A stretch of 64,000 bases of DNA from Octopus vulgaris (lineage: Eukaryota). The first letter of the stretch is position 1; each line of letters opens with the position of its first letter. The DNA lies in contig OX597833.1 in NCBI GenBank assembly GCA_951406725.2, forward strand, positions 21,080,001 through 21,144,000. The letters are read 5' to 3'. This document shows, one piece after another, positions 1 through 12,054 of the stretch. The notes beneath the pieces are model-generated. The model ran no database searches and was not told the origin of the DNA. It was given only the letters and a program-made list of their open reading frames with translations. The position numbers and the translations under genes are program-made.

Positions 1-185
1 CTTGACTGCTAAATCTACAGGTTTTTTCATTCTCTCTCTGTTTCTTTCTCTTATTCCTTTCTGTTGAAGAGCGTAGACTCGATACGTAAAAGAGTTTTTC
101 ATTTTTCATTGTCCTGTGCGTCGAACTAATACACCTGTTTGTTGTTCATACACCTGTTTTCGTCTTTTGTTTTTCTATAAATTTC
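1..185 (+). mobile_element. 3' end of Penelope pLTR-like non-autonomous repeat with decayed minimal hammerhead (57-92)
   Basis: CTTT-CTGTTGA-A-GAG..CTC-GATACGT-A-AAAG. The downstream tail (aactaatacacctgtttgttgtt..cgtcttttg) recurs at 17318-17396 (+) and 18275-18363 (-). Ends in (CT)n/(TA)n. Confidence 0.55.
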
Positions 186-214
186 CTCTCTCTCTCATCC
201 TCTCTCCCTCCATT

Positions 215-296
<82 letters not shown>

Positions 297-737
297 CAGA
301 AATACCCGACGTTGCTCGCGATTTGTATATATGGTACAAGTTAAGTTGAAACGTGTGATATGGAGAAGTGTACAATTGACGACAAAGCATTTGTGGAGTA
401 AATGAAGGGCTCGTTCGATTAAGTGACATGTCTTGCGTCTGTTTGGAAGATTCCAGGCCCTAACCTTGTCGTGGAAAAGTGAATGGAGGATATGTGATTC
501 TTGAACGCACCAAAAAGCTGTCAGTGGATATGATTTCTTTTGCGGCTGTCGGCGCTGCCGCTACAAAGCTGAAAAATCATGAGATATAGGAACTTCATCT
601 ATGCGATAAATTAAGCCTGAGGGCGCGCTCAACAGTACCACATGAGAGAAATCTACATGAAAGATATGACGTGGTAAGGCGGGGGATTGACAAAGAAGCG
701 CTTGAAAACAACACAGTCTTGCGATATTTCGGTTTGG

Positions 738-1402
738 AATCAATAGTCGTGGCTCAATGATGCACTGCTTCGCGTAAACAGCATGTGACCATTGTGAGGA
801 CAACTCAGCTACCAAACGAAAACAATTCTGCATGCAGCATTGGGGTACGCGAGGTCACATTAAGGAAGGATGAAAGTCAAAGTCGACCTCGGCGGAATTT
901 GAACTCAGAACGTAACGGCAGACGAAATACCGTTAGACATTTCGCCCGGCGTGCTAACGCGTCTGCCAGCTCGCCGCCTTCGATGCATGGAATATTGAAG
1001 TTTCCATTTATCGAGCAACACACACAGTCTCTAACAAGAGTGGTTGGGTCACGTAATGTTGGATTGCTGACGTGGTTGGGGATCAATAATCGTGGCTCAA
1101 CTGTGCACTCCGCGTAAACAGCGTGCGACCACTGTGAGGGTTACTCAGCTCCTGAACGAAAACAATTCTGCATGCAGCATCGGGGTACGCGAGGTCACAT
1201 TAAGGACACGGTCTCTAACAAGAGTGGTTGGGTTACGTAATGTTGGATTGCTGACGTGGTTGGGGATCAATAGTCGTGGCTCAACTGTGCACTCCGCGTA
1301 AACAGCGTGCGACCACTGTGAGGGTTACTCAGCTCCTGAACGAAAACAATTCTGCATGCAGCGACCGGGGACGCATGGTCACATTAAGGACATGGTCTCT
1401 AA
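738..1402. repeat. About 183-bp tandem repeat (one partial plus two full units)
   Basis: gtctctaac restarts at about 1028, 1211 and 1395. The block gaaaacaattctgcatgcagc..gtcacattaagga occurs three times. Confidence 0.85.
863..980 (-). mobile_element. Meta-type tRNA-SINE, 5' fragment
   Basis: Reverse complement of ggcggcgagctggcaga..gttctgagttcaaattccgccgaggtcgactttg..tttcatcctt. Confidence 0.85.
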
Positions 1403-1951
1403 CTAACGTCGTTGGGTCTTAGACACAATAAATTAGTAGGTTAATGTACATGTGATATTTTAGTTTGTAATCAATAGCTGAAGAATATTTGCATGGACTT
1501 TGTCTATGCTTAGACGGAAGACTTTGATACTGAAGCTAAAAGAAAATAGTTGAATAGTTGCTCAGGATTTAATATATTTTAGCATAATTTTCATAATAAA
1601 CAAAGTGCATTCCAAACGGTTTTTATTCCAACAAATTTCTACCTATGGTACTACGGGTACAGGCAATTATTGCTACCAATTAGACAAGGCAGTTTGAAGT
1701 CTACATCAGTTCTTCCATTTAATACAACCTACATATATTGTTTCAGTAGTTGAATTTGACAGTTTGAACAGAAGCAATGTGTGGACCATGCGAGTAGTCG
1801 TACGTATCCCAGGAAAGAGGGTATTCTGCCCCAAGAGGCCCCATTACTCATTATGTGAAAATTTTCAAGAGTCTAAAACCATCTCTGGAACGTAAGGAAT
1901 GCATGTTCCCAACTTGGAGAAAATCAGTTGCGAACTTCAGAAGTTCTGCGG

Positions 1952-2009
<58 letters not shown>

Positions 2010-2080
2010 CTCAGTTTTATACATATAGATATACATGTATGTATTTATGTATGTGAGTGTGTGTGTAGTAGTAGTAGTAA

Positions 2081-2123
<43 letters not shown>

Positions 2124-2126
2124 CCA

Positions 2127-2276
2127 TTGAAGCTGAAATGACTTCACAAATTATTACTCAGAGTTTCACGTAAACGATCATCAAAATGTTGCGAGTTATT
2201 AGAACAACAGTCACGACTGTCTGATGATCAGTTACGTGAAACTGTGTAAGAGTGTGTCAAGTCTTTTCAGCTTCAA
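2127..2276. ncRNA. Imperfect palindrome with two opposite-polarity hammerhead-like motifs
   Basis: Plus 2221-2248: CTGATGA-TCAGTTACGT-GAAA-CTGTG-TA. Minus 2155-2184: TTGATGA-TCGTTTACGT-GAAA-CTCTGAG-TA. Outer arms ttgaagctgaaa / tttcagcttcaa. Confidence 0.6.
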
Positions 2277-2464
2277 CAAAATAATATTTTATTCTATTTT
2301 TGGTATTCCAGTAAAGTTGTTCTCCACCTTTTTGCACATGTGTGCTCACATTCGTTTTACATACATACATGGATGCATGCATGCATGCATACACACATAC
2401 ATACATACATACATACATACATACATACATACATACATACATACAGACATAATATATATATAAA

Positions 2465-2563
<99 letters not shown>

Positions 2564-2841
2564 CTAATATAATATAATATAATACAACATATATATAGAA
2601 TATATATATATATAATGTAGTAATCTATCTGTCTATTTATCTATAAATATATAAAATACGTTTATACGCTCTTGACACACAGAAAAAAACAGTAAGGAGA
2701 GAAAAAAAATGCACACAATCAACATATATATATATATATATATATATGCATACATACATATATATACATATATGTACATATATATACACATATACATATA
2801 AATAGATAATTAGATATATAGAGATAGATAGACAGACAGAC

Positions 2842-2881
<40 letters not shown>

Positions 2882-3119
2882 GGATAAGTATATGAGAGAG
2901 TAAAGAGAGAATGAGAGAGAGAGGTGGGGGAGAGAGAGACTGACCGACAGGCAGACAGACTGACAGACACAGGGAAACACATGGGCAATAACCGATAAAG
3001 GGTTAATGCAGACAGCAGATGATTTGTAAGTGAATTAGTTCTATTTTCAGGTTAGTGATTGTTGTTATATAATGATGGGGTTTGTCTGAAGAAATCATCG
3101 ATGATTGCTCATCGCATTT

Positions 3120-3940
3120 CCAACAACCACATCACCACAACTACCACCACTACAACCACCACCACCACCACCACCACCACCACCACCACCACCACCACCA
3201 CCACTACCAACAACAACAACAACACACTATGAATAATAACAACAGCAACACGATTATCTCCACTACCATCACAACCCCTGACACTACGACCCCTGCCATC
3301 TCTACTAATCACACCAGCAGAGCTCCTAATGCCACCACCACCACCACCACCACCACCACCACCACCACCACCACCACCACCACCACCACCACCACCACCA
3401 CCACCATCACTACCACCACCAGCACCACCACCACCGCTACCACCACCACGACACCATCACTACTGCCACCACCAGCACCACCAACACCACCACCACCACC
3501 ACCGCCACCATCACCATCATCATCATTACGACCACCACTAACACAGCTACTATCGAAACTATAATTGCCACCACCATCACCACCACCACTACCACAACCA
3601 CCACCAGCTACCACATCACCATTAACACCACCACCACCACCACCACCACCACCACCACCACCACCACCACCACCACCACCACCACCACCACCACCACCAC
3701 CACCACCACTGCTATTCACCATAATATACCAGAATCACCCATCACCTACAACATTGCCATTAACACCACCAGCTCCCCCGCAACCACTATTATCATCATT
3801 ATTAAACTCCATACTCCCGCCGCCACCACAACCACCACCACCACCACCACCACCACCACCACTACCACCTCTGCCATCATCAACTTTACCGACATCATTA
3901 TCAGCCTCCATGGTACCATTCCTACCACCAATGCCATCAT
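3120..3940. repeat. Degenerate (CCA)n microsatellite field
   Basis: Long cac/cca runs, which explain the poly-P/H/T ORFs. Confidence 0.95.
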
Positions 3941-4094
3941 AATTACACATTGTATGTCTAACCACTTCGTTCTTGCAATACCAGAATTTAAGATAAAATT
4001 AATAAAAACACATCACCGTCTCTATCAGGTGCTATCGCCGTCCTCACCTAATCACCTGCCCATCATCTCACCTTTATAACGCCTTCACCACGGC

Positions 4095-4151
<57 letters not shown>

Positions 4152-4428
4152 TGTTGTAGTGGTGGTGGTGGTGGTGGTGGTGGTGGTGGTGGTGGTGGTG
4201 GTGGTGGTGGTGGTGGTGGTGGTGGTGGTGGTGGTGGTGGTAGTGGTGGTGGTGGTGGTGGTGGTGATAGTGGTGGTGGTGGTGGTGGTGGTGGTGATGG
4301 TGGTGGAGATAGTGGTGGTGGTGGTGGTGGTGGTGGTGGTGGTGGTAGTGGTGGTGGTGGTGGTTGTGATGGCTGTGGTGGTGATGGTGGTGGTAGTGGT
4401 GGTGGTGGTTTTAGTATTATTATTATCA

Positions 4429-4488
<60 letters not shown>

Positions 4489-4578
4489 CATCATTATTAT
4501 TATTATTATTATTATTAGTAGTAGTAGTAGTAGTAGTAGTAGTAGCAGCAGTAGCAGTAGTAGTAGTAGTAGTAGCAG
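4095..4578. repeat. Compound (GTA)n/(GGT)n/(TTA)n microsatellite
   Basis: Direct inspection. Confidence 0.95.
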
Positions 4579-4910
4579 CCACACCCTCAGCCACTTCCAT
4601 TCATACTTTTATGTCAGAAAGTGCAGCAGGCTGCAGTCTATTTTTGAAACTGCTTTCACATGTCAAGTGAAGGTCTGGTTTGTTATTCGCTGGAATCCGT
4701 TGGCGTAGCGTAGATGCAAATCGCTTCTGCTATGGATCAATGTTTCCATCGATCTATTGGTTTAATGCCGACTGCATAAAGCTGCAGCAGAGACAACAGC
4801 AGCAGCAACAGCAACAACAGCAGCAGTTGCAGTAACTGCAGCAACAATAAATAACCATACAAGAACACTATTGTTTCATCATCATCATTATCATCATCAT
4901 CAACGTCGCG

Positions 4911-4953
<43 letters not shown>

Positions 4954-4962
4954 ACGTCGTCG

Positions 4963-5001
<39 letters not shown>

Positions 5002-5010
5002 ACGTCGTCG

Positions 5011-5041
<31 letters not shown>

Positions 5042-5091
5042 CAACGTCATCATCATCATCATCATCATCATCGTTGTCGTCGTTGTCAGTA

Positions 5092-5296
5092 GTTGGCAGA
5101 ATTGTTAGCACGCTGGGCAAAATCCTTAGCGGCATTTCGTCCGTCTTTACAGTTCTGAGTTCAAATTCCGCCGAGGTTGACTTTGCCTTTCATCCTTTCG
5201 GAGTCGATGAAATGAGTACCAGTCAAGCAGTGGGGTCGATGTAATTCACTTGCCCCCACCCTCAAAATTTCAGGCCTTGTGTTTATTGTAGAAAGG

Positions 5297-5300
<4 letters not shown>
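5092..5300 (+). mobile_element. Meta-type tRNA-SINE with alternative tail ending in (TTA)n
   Basis: B-box-like gagttcaaattcc; central gcctttcatcctttcggagtcgat; tail ggccttgtg..gtagaaaggattatt. Confidence 0.85.
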
Positions 5301-5361
<61 letters not shown>

Positions 5362-5368
5362 CATTATT

Positions 5369-5826
5369 GAGTGAGAGAGCAGTGCATGCCATCAAAGTGA
5401 CACTGGGGTAAAATATACGAAGCCCATTATACCAATCATGACTACCCGTCTGATAAGGGTACACTAGGTACATGCATCACAACCATATGTGCGTGACAAG
5501 GTGATCTCATATCAAGATAAACAGCGCATGACCTTGCAGGTGGGGCCCAGTTAGAATTTTCTTCTGGTCGAGTAACCCATCCTGCTCAAAAGGCCCCTGA
5601 ATAAGGATTGTTTAAGGATATTGAACGAACCACCCATGTTTCCAAATGTGAATTATCCAAACCTCCAAGGATTCCTTTCGACACACGGCTATGATGCTCC
5701 CCCACTACTTCTGCTCATGATCAGAGATGCACATATCGTCAGCCACTAAGGGACATGCTCGACTGGTTACGGTCAAACAACTGACAAATAAATCTGTGGT
5801 ATTGAGCAGAATATTTGATGTAGCCC

Positions 5827-5828
<2 letters not shown>
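5369..5828 (-). mobile_element. About 460-bp (TAA)n-tailed interspersed repeat
   Basis: Collinear second copy at 42799-43239 with the same two ends; both abut (TTA)n. Confidence 0.8.
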
Positions 5829-5879
<51 letters not shown>

Positions 5880-5906
5880 TATTATTAATTATTATTATTA
5901 TTATTA

Positions 5907-5949
<43 letters not shown>

Positions 5950-6043
5950 TAGCTTTATTTTTATAGCGTGCTTTCACTTCACTACCGAGCGCAGCTCTGT
6001 GTGCCTTGGGTATGTGCTGTGATTTGTTGTGATGCTCTGATGG

Positions 6044-8172
6044 TTATTGTATGGAAAGTGTTCTGCGTAGGATGTGTGCAGTGCCTAGTAGTGCAATTTT
6101 CTGTATGTTATATGTGTTTGTAAGTCCTGGTGTTTTTGTTATGTATTTGTCTGAATATTTTTTTATCATGCCTAATGCACCTACTATGATAGGAATTGTT
6201 TCTGTTTTTAGATTCCACATTCTGGTTACCTCTATTTCCAGGTCTTTGTATTTTGAGAGTTTCTCCATTTCTTTTAGAGACACGTTGTCATCAGCCGGTA
6301 TTGATACATCAATTAGAAAGCATTTTTTTCTTCATGGTCTTTGACAACTATATCTGGTCTGTTGGCCTTAATTTCTCTATCTGTGTGTATCGGCATATCC
6401 CAGAGTATGGTTGCTTTCTTGTTTTCTGTGACCTTTTCTGGTGTGTGCCTATGCCATCTTTCTTCTGTTGTTATTCCATAATGTTGGCATAGCTTCCAAT
6501 GTATGTAGGTACCAACTCTGTCATGTCTGTGAATATATTCCTTCTTAGCCAGGACTGGGCAGCTAGAGATAATATGATTTATTGTTTCTTGTCCATCTCC
6601 ACATATTCTGCAGTTACTTGTTATATTTCTTTTCATTACATGTTTTTGGTAATTTCTGGTGGGGAGGCTTTGGTCTTGTGCTGCAATTAAAAATCCTTCT
6701 GTTTCTGCTTTGAGTCCTGAGTTTCTCAACCATTGCTTGGATTTTTCTTTGTCAATTTCTTTTGCGTTTAGTTTAGTGCAGTATTTACCATGAAGGGGCT
6801 TTTCTTGCCATCGTTTTATCATGGTTCGTTGCTGTTCTATTTTTAGTTTGGATTTCATTTGTTTTATAGCTTTTGTTGTTTCTTCTTCTTCTTCTTCTTC
6901 TTCTTCTTCTTCTTCTTCTTCTTCTTCTTCTTCTTCTTCTTCTTCTTCTTCTTCTTCTTCTTCTTCTTCTTCTTCTTCATATTTATTAGGTGGTATGATT
7001 TCTTGTTTGTATTTGTCAGCTTCCTTAAATACTGAGAACAGTTTTTTGTTTTGCTCGTGTTTTGCCGCTATTTGTATCAGTTTTCCTTCCTTCTGAAGTA
7101 GATATTTTTGCAATCCTATGGTGGTTATTTTATAGTAGTTTTCCAGTTGTATAAGGCCTCTACCACCTTCTATACGTTGTATATATAGTCTTTCTATGTC
7201 AGAGTTTGGGTGATGCATCCTAGATCCTGTCATTATTTTTCTTGTTTTCCGATCTATTTTGGTCAGTTCATTTAGTGTCCAGTTAAGGATATTGTAGCTG
7301 TAACTTATAACTGGGACAGATTAAGTGTTAATACCTATTATCTTGTTTTTAGCATTGAGCTCTGTTTTTAGTATTGATCTAACTCGTCTATAATATTCTT
7401 TTTTTATTTTCTCTTTCATTTGTGTGTGTTGTGTCTTATCTAGTTCATGGATTCCTAAGTAATTGTAAGTTTGGCTTTGGTCTAATTCTTTTATTTCATT
7501 GGTTTTATCTAGTGTGATGTTGCTACTCTTAACTAGTTTTCCTCTTTTCAGGGTTACTTTGGCGCATTTTTCTAATCCAAATTTCATATCTATTTCTTTG
7601 GTAAATCCATGAACTGTCTTTAATAGTGTTTCCAGCTGTTTGTCATTTGCAGCGTATAGTTTTAGGTCATCCATATATAAAAGGTGACTGATCGTTTTGC
7701 CGTAACATTTATATCCGCATCCAGATCTATTTAGCATATCATATAGGGGTGACAGTGCCAAGCAGAAAAGGAGTGGAGAGAGCGTGCCTCCCTGGAATAT
7801 TCCTCTTCTAATGGGGATGTCTTTGGTTTTCATGAGTCCCTCTTTTATTTGGAGCTGTAGCACTGTTTGCCATTTATTCATAGAGTGCCCTATGAATTTT
7901 ATGATTGTTGGTGCTACTTTGTTAATGGCTAGTGTTTCGAGGATCCATGTGTGGGGGATGCTATCAAACGCCTTTTTGTAGTCGATCCAGGCCATACTGA
8001 GGCCTTTCTTCTTTCTGTGGCTGTCTTCAGTTATGGCTTTATTAATCATTAGTTGATATTTACAGCCATATGAGCCTTTGCGGCATCCTTTCTGCTCTTC
8101 TGGGAACAGTTTGTTTTCGTCCAGGTGCTTGTTCAACCTTTGCGATATCACTGCAGTAAATGGCTTGAACAT
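6044..8172 (-). pseudogene. Disrupted Dong-like ORF (nonsense at 7321, frameshift near 6325, in-frame poly-Glu)
   Basis: ORFs 7321-8172 and 6313-7233 share a frame and are split by TAA. The C-terminus continues in another frame (6044-6283). Confidence 0.9.
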
Positions 8173-8272
8173 TGTTTATAGCACTGCAATAAATGCCTTG
8201 AATATTGTCGATATCACTGCAATAAATGCCTTGAACATTGTCGATATCACTGCAGTATATGCCTTGAACATT
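8143..8272. repeat. 33-bp x4 tandem repeat at the LINE 5' junction
   Basis: cgatatcactgcagtaaatggcttgaacattgt variants; reads as NVQGIYCSDID-like x4. Confidence 0.9.
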
Positions 8273-8291
8273 TATTATCATTATTATTATT

Positions 8292-8327
<36 letters not shown>

Positions 8328-8370
8328 GCTGTTGCTGTTTTTGTTGTTGTTGTTGTTATTGTTGTTGTTG

Positions 8371-8440
<70 letters not shown>

Positions 8441-8673
8441 GGCAGCGAGCTGGCAGTATCGTTAGCACGCCGGACGAAATGCTTAGCGGTATTTTGCCTG
8501 CCGCTACGTTCTGAGTTCAAATTTGCGCCGATGTCGACTTTGCCTTTCATCCTTTCGGGGTCGATTAAATAAGTACCAGTTACGCACTGGAGTCGATATT
8601 ATCGACTCAATCCGTTTGTCTGTCCTTGTTTGTCCTCTCTGTATTTAGCCCCTTGTGGGCAATAAAGAAATAG
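8441..8673 (+). mobile_element. Meta-type tRNA-SINE with Tx1-like tail
   Basis: Full head, central domain, and tail gccccttgtgggcaataaagaaata. Confidence 0.9.
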
Positions 8674-9657
8674 AAATGTATGTGAGAGTGTGTGCGTGTG
8701 CGTGTGCATGTGCATCTGCAAGTGCGTGAATGTGTGTGTGTGAGAGTTTGCCCGTAAGTGTGTGTGTGTGTGTGTGTGTAAGTATTTCAAAAGAAAGTAC
8801 GGAAACAACAGAGGACCCTTTAGCACTTAAACTGGCCATAACCGGCCCCGATATTCTACCTCCTTTATGTCCAAACTGGTCATATCCAGCCACACACCTT
8901 TCTGATAATGTCATCCTTAAAATAAACACCCACATACTAAAATCTCGACGCGACGAGCTAATCTATGCCGAACTCAAAAGAACGTGAATAAATATATATT
9001 TGACAGAATAGTCAGAATGCTAACGAGTTGAGAGAGATTTAGCTATATTTTCTTACAGGTCAGGTGATTATGAATGAGCCGTATCATTGGTTCATCTCCC
9101 CCTCCATTATCGTCGCTGCTGCTGCTGCTGCAGCTTTCGCTGCCGCCGCCACCGCCGCCATTTTCATCGTTGTTATCGTCGCCATTGATACTGTTTTTGT
9201 TTTCATTATTTCCAAGTTCTTTCTATGTCTGGCTGACCTAATCCTCGGAGACGACATAAACGAAAGCTGAACTTTCTGAACTAAACATAACAGAAACCCG
9301 TTAAGAGGAAAATGAGACCAGGCTACATTGAACAGAAACATAGAACCAGTTTCATCTTAATATGATTAAAAGGAAAGCGAACAAACCGTTCCCACTACAA
9401 ACACACAACACAAAACACATCACATACTTATCACTAGAAATGCCGTTTGTAGAACAGTAGATTGTTGATGATAATAGGCTATTAATATATATGCTTCATT
9501 AATGAAGTAACCAGTTCATTTACATCTTACACACACACACATATGTATACATACATATATATACACATATGTACATATATATATATATGTATATATATGT
9601 GTGTGTGTACATATATGTATATATAGATCAATGTATATATATATGTATATATGTATG

Positions 9658-9690
<33 letters not shown>

Positions 9691-9756
9691 CTATATCTAT
9701 CTATCGATCTATCTATATATATATATATGTATATATATACATATATATATACATAC

Positions 9757-9819
<63 letters not shown>

Positions 9820-9850
9820 TATACATATATACATATATATACATATATAT

Positions 9851-9940
<90 letters not shown>

Positions 9941-10387
9941 GGGGGAGGTGTTTGTGCGTGTATAGTTATATAGATAAGAAGTTATAAGTGGTAAGAAGCT
10001 CGTTTCCTAACCATGTGGTCTTGGATTCGGTCCCAAGTCTCGGCACATTGCCCAAGTGCCATTGACCAAAACTTTGTCAGTGGATTTGTTAGGTATAAAG
10101 AAAGCCGTCTTGTACACACACACGCACACACACGGGCGCGCGCACATACAAACACACAAACACACACTCATACACATTGTATATGAGTGTCTATGTGTGA
10201 GTGGGTCTTTGGGTTTCTTCTCCAGCACCGATTGACAACCGATGCTGGTTTGTTTACGGCCACGTATCGTAACACTTCGGCAAAAAGGGATGAATAGAAT
10301 ACGTATCATACTTAAAAGTAAGTACTGGTGATGATCTATTTAACTAAACCCTTCATGGTCGCATTTCGACGATAGAGACAAGAGATA

Positions 10388-10549
10388 GGCGCAGGAGTGG
10401 CTGTGTGGTAAGAAGCTTGCTTACCAACCACATGGTTCCGGGTTCAGTCCCACTGCGTGGCACCTTTGGTAAGTATATCCTGCTATAGCCTCGAGCCAAC
10501 CAAAGCCTTGTGAATGGATTTGGTGGAGAGAAAATGAAAGAAGCTCGTC

Positions 10550-10619
<70 letters not shown>

Positions 10620-10840
10620 GTTTGTATGTATATATATACATATATGTGTGTCTATGTGGATGTGTGTGTGTATTTGTGTGTCTGTGTTTGTCCCCCACCA
10701 TCGCTTGACAACCGATGATGGTGTGTTTACATCCTCGTAACTTAGAAGTTCGGCAAAAGAGACCGATAGAATGAATACTAGGCTTTCAAAGAATAAGTCC
10801 TGGAGCTCCTGGAGCATAGCCGCAGTCAAATGACTGAAAC
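10388..10840 (+). mobile_element. CORE-type tRNA-SINE (OR1-like) with internal microsatellite
   Basis: ggcgcaggagtggctgtgtggtaag head, CORE-like block, internal (TA)n, tail cagtcaaatgactgaaac. Confidence 0.88.
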
Positions 10841-11527
10841 ACACTTGCACCTAGGGAACACTCAGTTTAGTAAGTGGACTAAGACGTATCACATAACATG
10901 TAATTATGTGATACGTCTTAAAATAATTTTATTCAGATCTGTGATTTTGGAAAGTAGTTGTGTTCATAAAGATAGAACGAGAAATGTCTTCAGTCTGAAA
11001 TAAAACTAGTTTATGGAACACTCTAGAATCTATTTCTAATGTATTTTGTCAAATATTTATTTTATATCAATAACTCTGCGTACATCTGAAGCTGTAGTTG
11101 CAGCCGTTCCCCATAGCAGTAATTTTACGCTTAGATGTATTAAATTTGAACGATGTAAAATTTTAAACAAAATTTCACTCGTGGCTTGCACTTTGTTGTC
11201 AGCTTAATTTAATTCGTCCTTTGTCAAAAGACACCTGTTGTTAAAGTTTTTTATTTGCATTTGTATTTGTGTACCATTTCTCCGTTTTTTTTCCTTCCTT
11301 GTTTTCGTATACATTCACTGCTTTCTTCCAAGGAATCTAATGCTCTTAGCTTAGTTTTTTCCTTGGGGCTGGCCAGATTGGAGCAATCTTGAGTATAACC
11401 AGCCGAAATTGCAAAGATAATCTGGAACTCGACTGAAGAAAGAAAATTTCGTATGACTCGTCCATGTTTTTTTTTGTATCATCTAACTGTCTGGATGCTT
11501 TGCGTTCTTGTCCCAGTTTTGCTATTC

Positions 11528-11581
<54 letters not shown>

Positions 11582-11601
11582 GTATGTGTGTGTGTGTGTA
11601 T

Positions 11602-12005
11602 TCTTTTATTCTTTTACTTGTTTCAGTCATTTGACTGCGGCCATGCTGGAGCACCGCCTTTAATCGAGCAACTCGACGCCGGGACTTATTCTTTTGTAAG
11701 CCCAGTACTTATTCTATCGGCCTCTTTTGCCGAACCGCTAAGTAACGGGGACATAAACACACCAGCATCGGTTGTCAAGCAATGCTAGGAGGACAAACAC
11801 AGACACAAACACACACACGCATATATATATATATACATATATACGACGGGCTTCTTTCAGTTTTCGTCTACCAAATCCACTCACAGGGCTTTGGTCGGCC
11901 CGAGGCTATAGTAGAAGACACTTGCCCAAGGTGCCACGCAGTGGGACTGAACCCGGAACCATGTGGTTGGTAAACAAGCTACCTACCACACAGCCACTCC
12001 TGCGC

Positions 12006-12006
<1 letters not shown>
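11602..12006 (-). mobile_element. CORE-type tRNA-SINE (OR1-like), full length
   Basis: Reverse complement of the same family, including caccttgggcaagtgtcttc. Confidence 0.9.

Positions 12007-12054
<48 letters not shown>

Larger units (their letters stand above)
293..2029 (-). mobile_element. Non-autonomous Helitron-like element with internal tandem repeat and SINE fragment
   Basis: Minus-strand 5' end TCTATATGTATAAAACTGAGG followed by (GT)n. 3' end has an imperfect hairpin cgcgagcaacgtcggg, then tatttctgCTA into (TA)n. Confidence 0.6.
5947..8272 (-). mobile_element. 5'-truncated R4/Dong-like non-LTR retrotransposon (RT plus restriction-like endonuclease) in (TAA)n
   Basis: RT motifs WIDYKKAFDSIPH, RGIFQGGTLSPLLF and LLYMDDLKLY; zinc knuckle CRIC..ETINHIISSC; RHD motif; NRPDIVV..EKLSKY endonuclease. 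(TAA)n on both flanks. Confidence 0.92.

Noticed and set aside
738-1402. CRISPR-like periodicity (also 8143-8272)
   Set aside because: Whole units repeat with no unique spacers, there are no cas genes, and the context is eukaryotic.
3086-3110. CTGAAGA followed by a perfect hairpin
   Set aside because: No GAAA and no stem I partner.
9084-9341. Possible host exon (poly-Ala ORF)
   Set aside because: No recognisable homology, the Ala run is a (GCT/GCC)n repeat, and splice sites cannot be validated.
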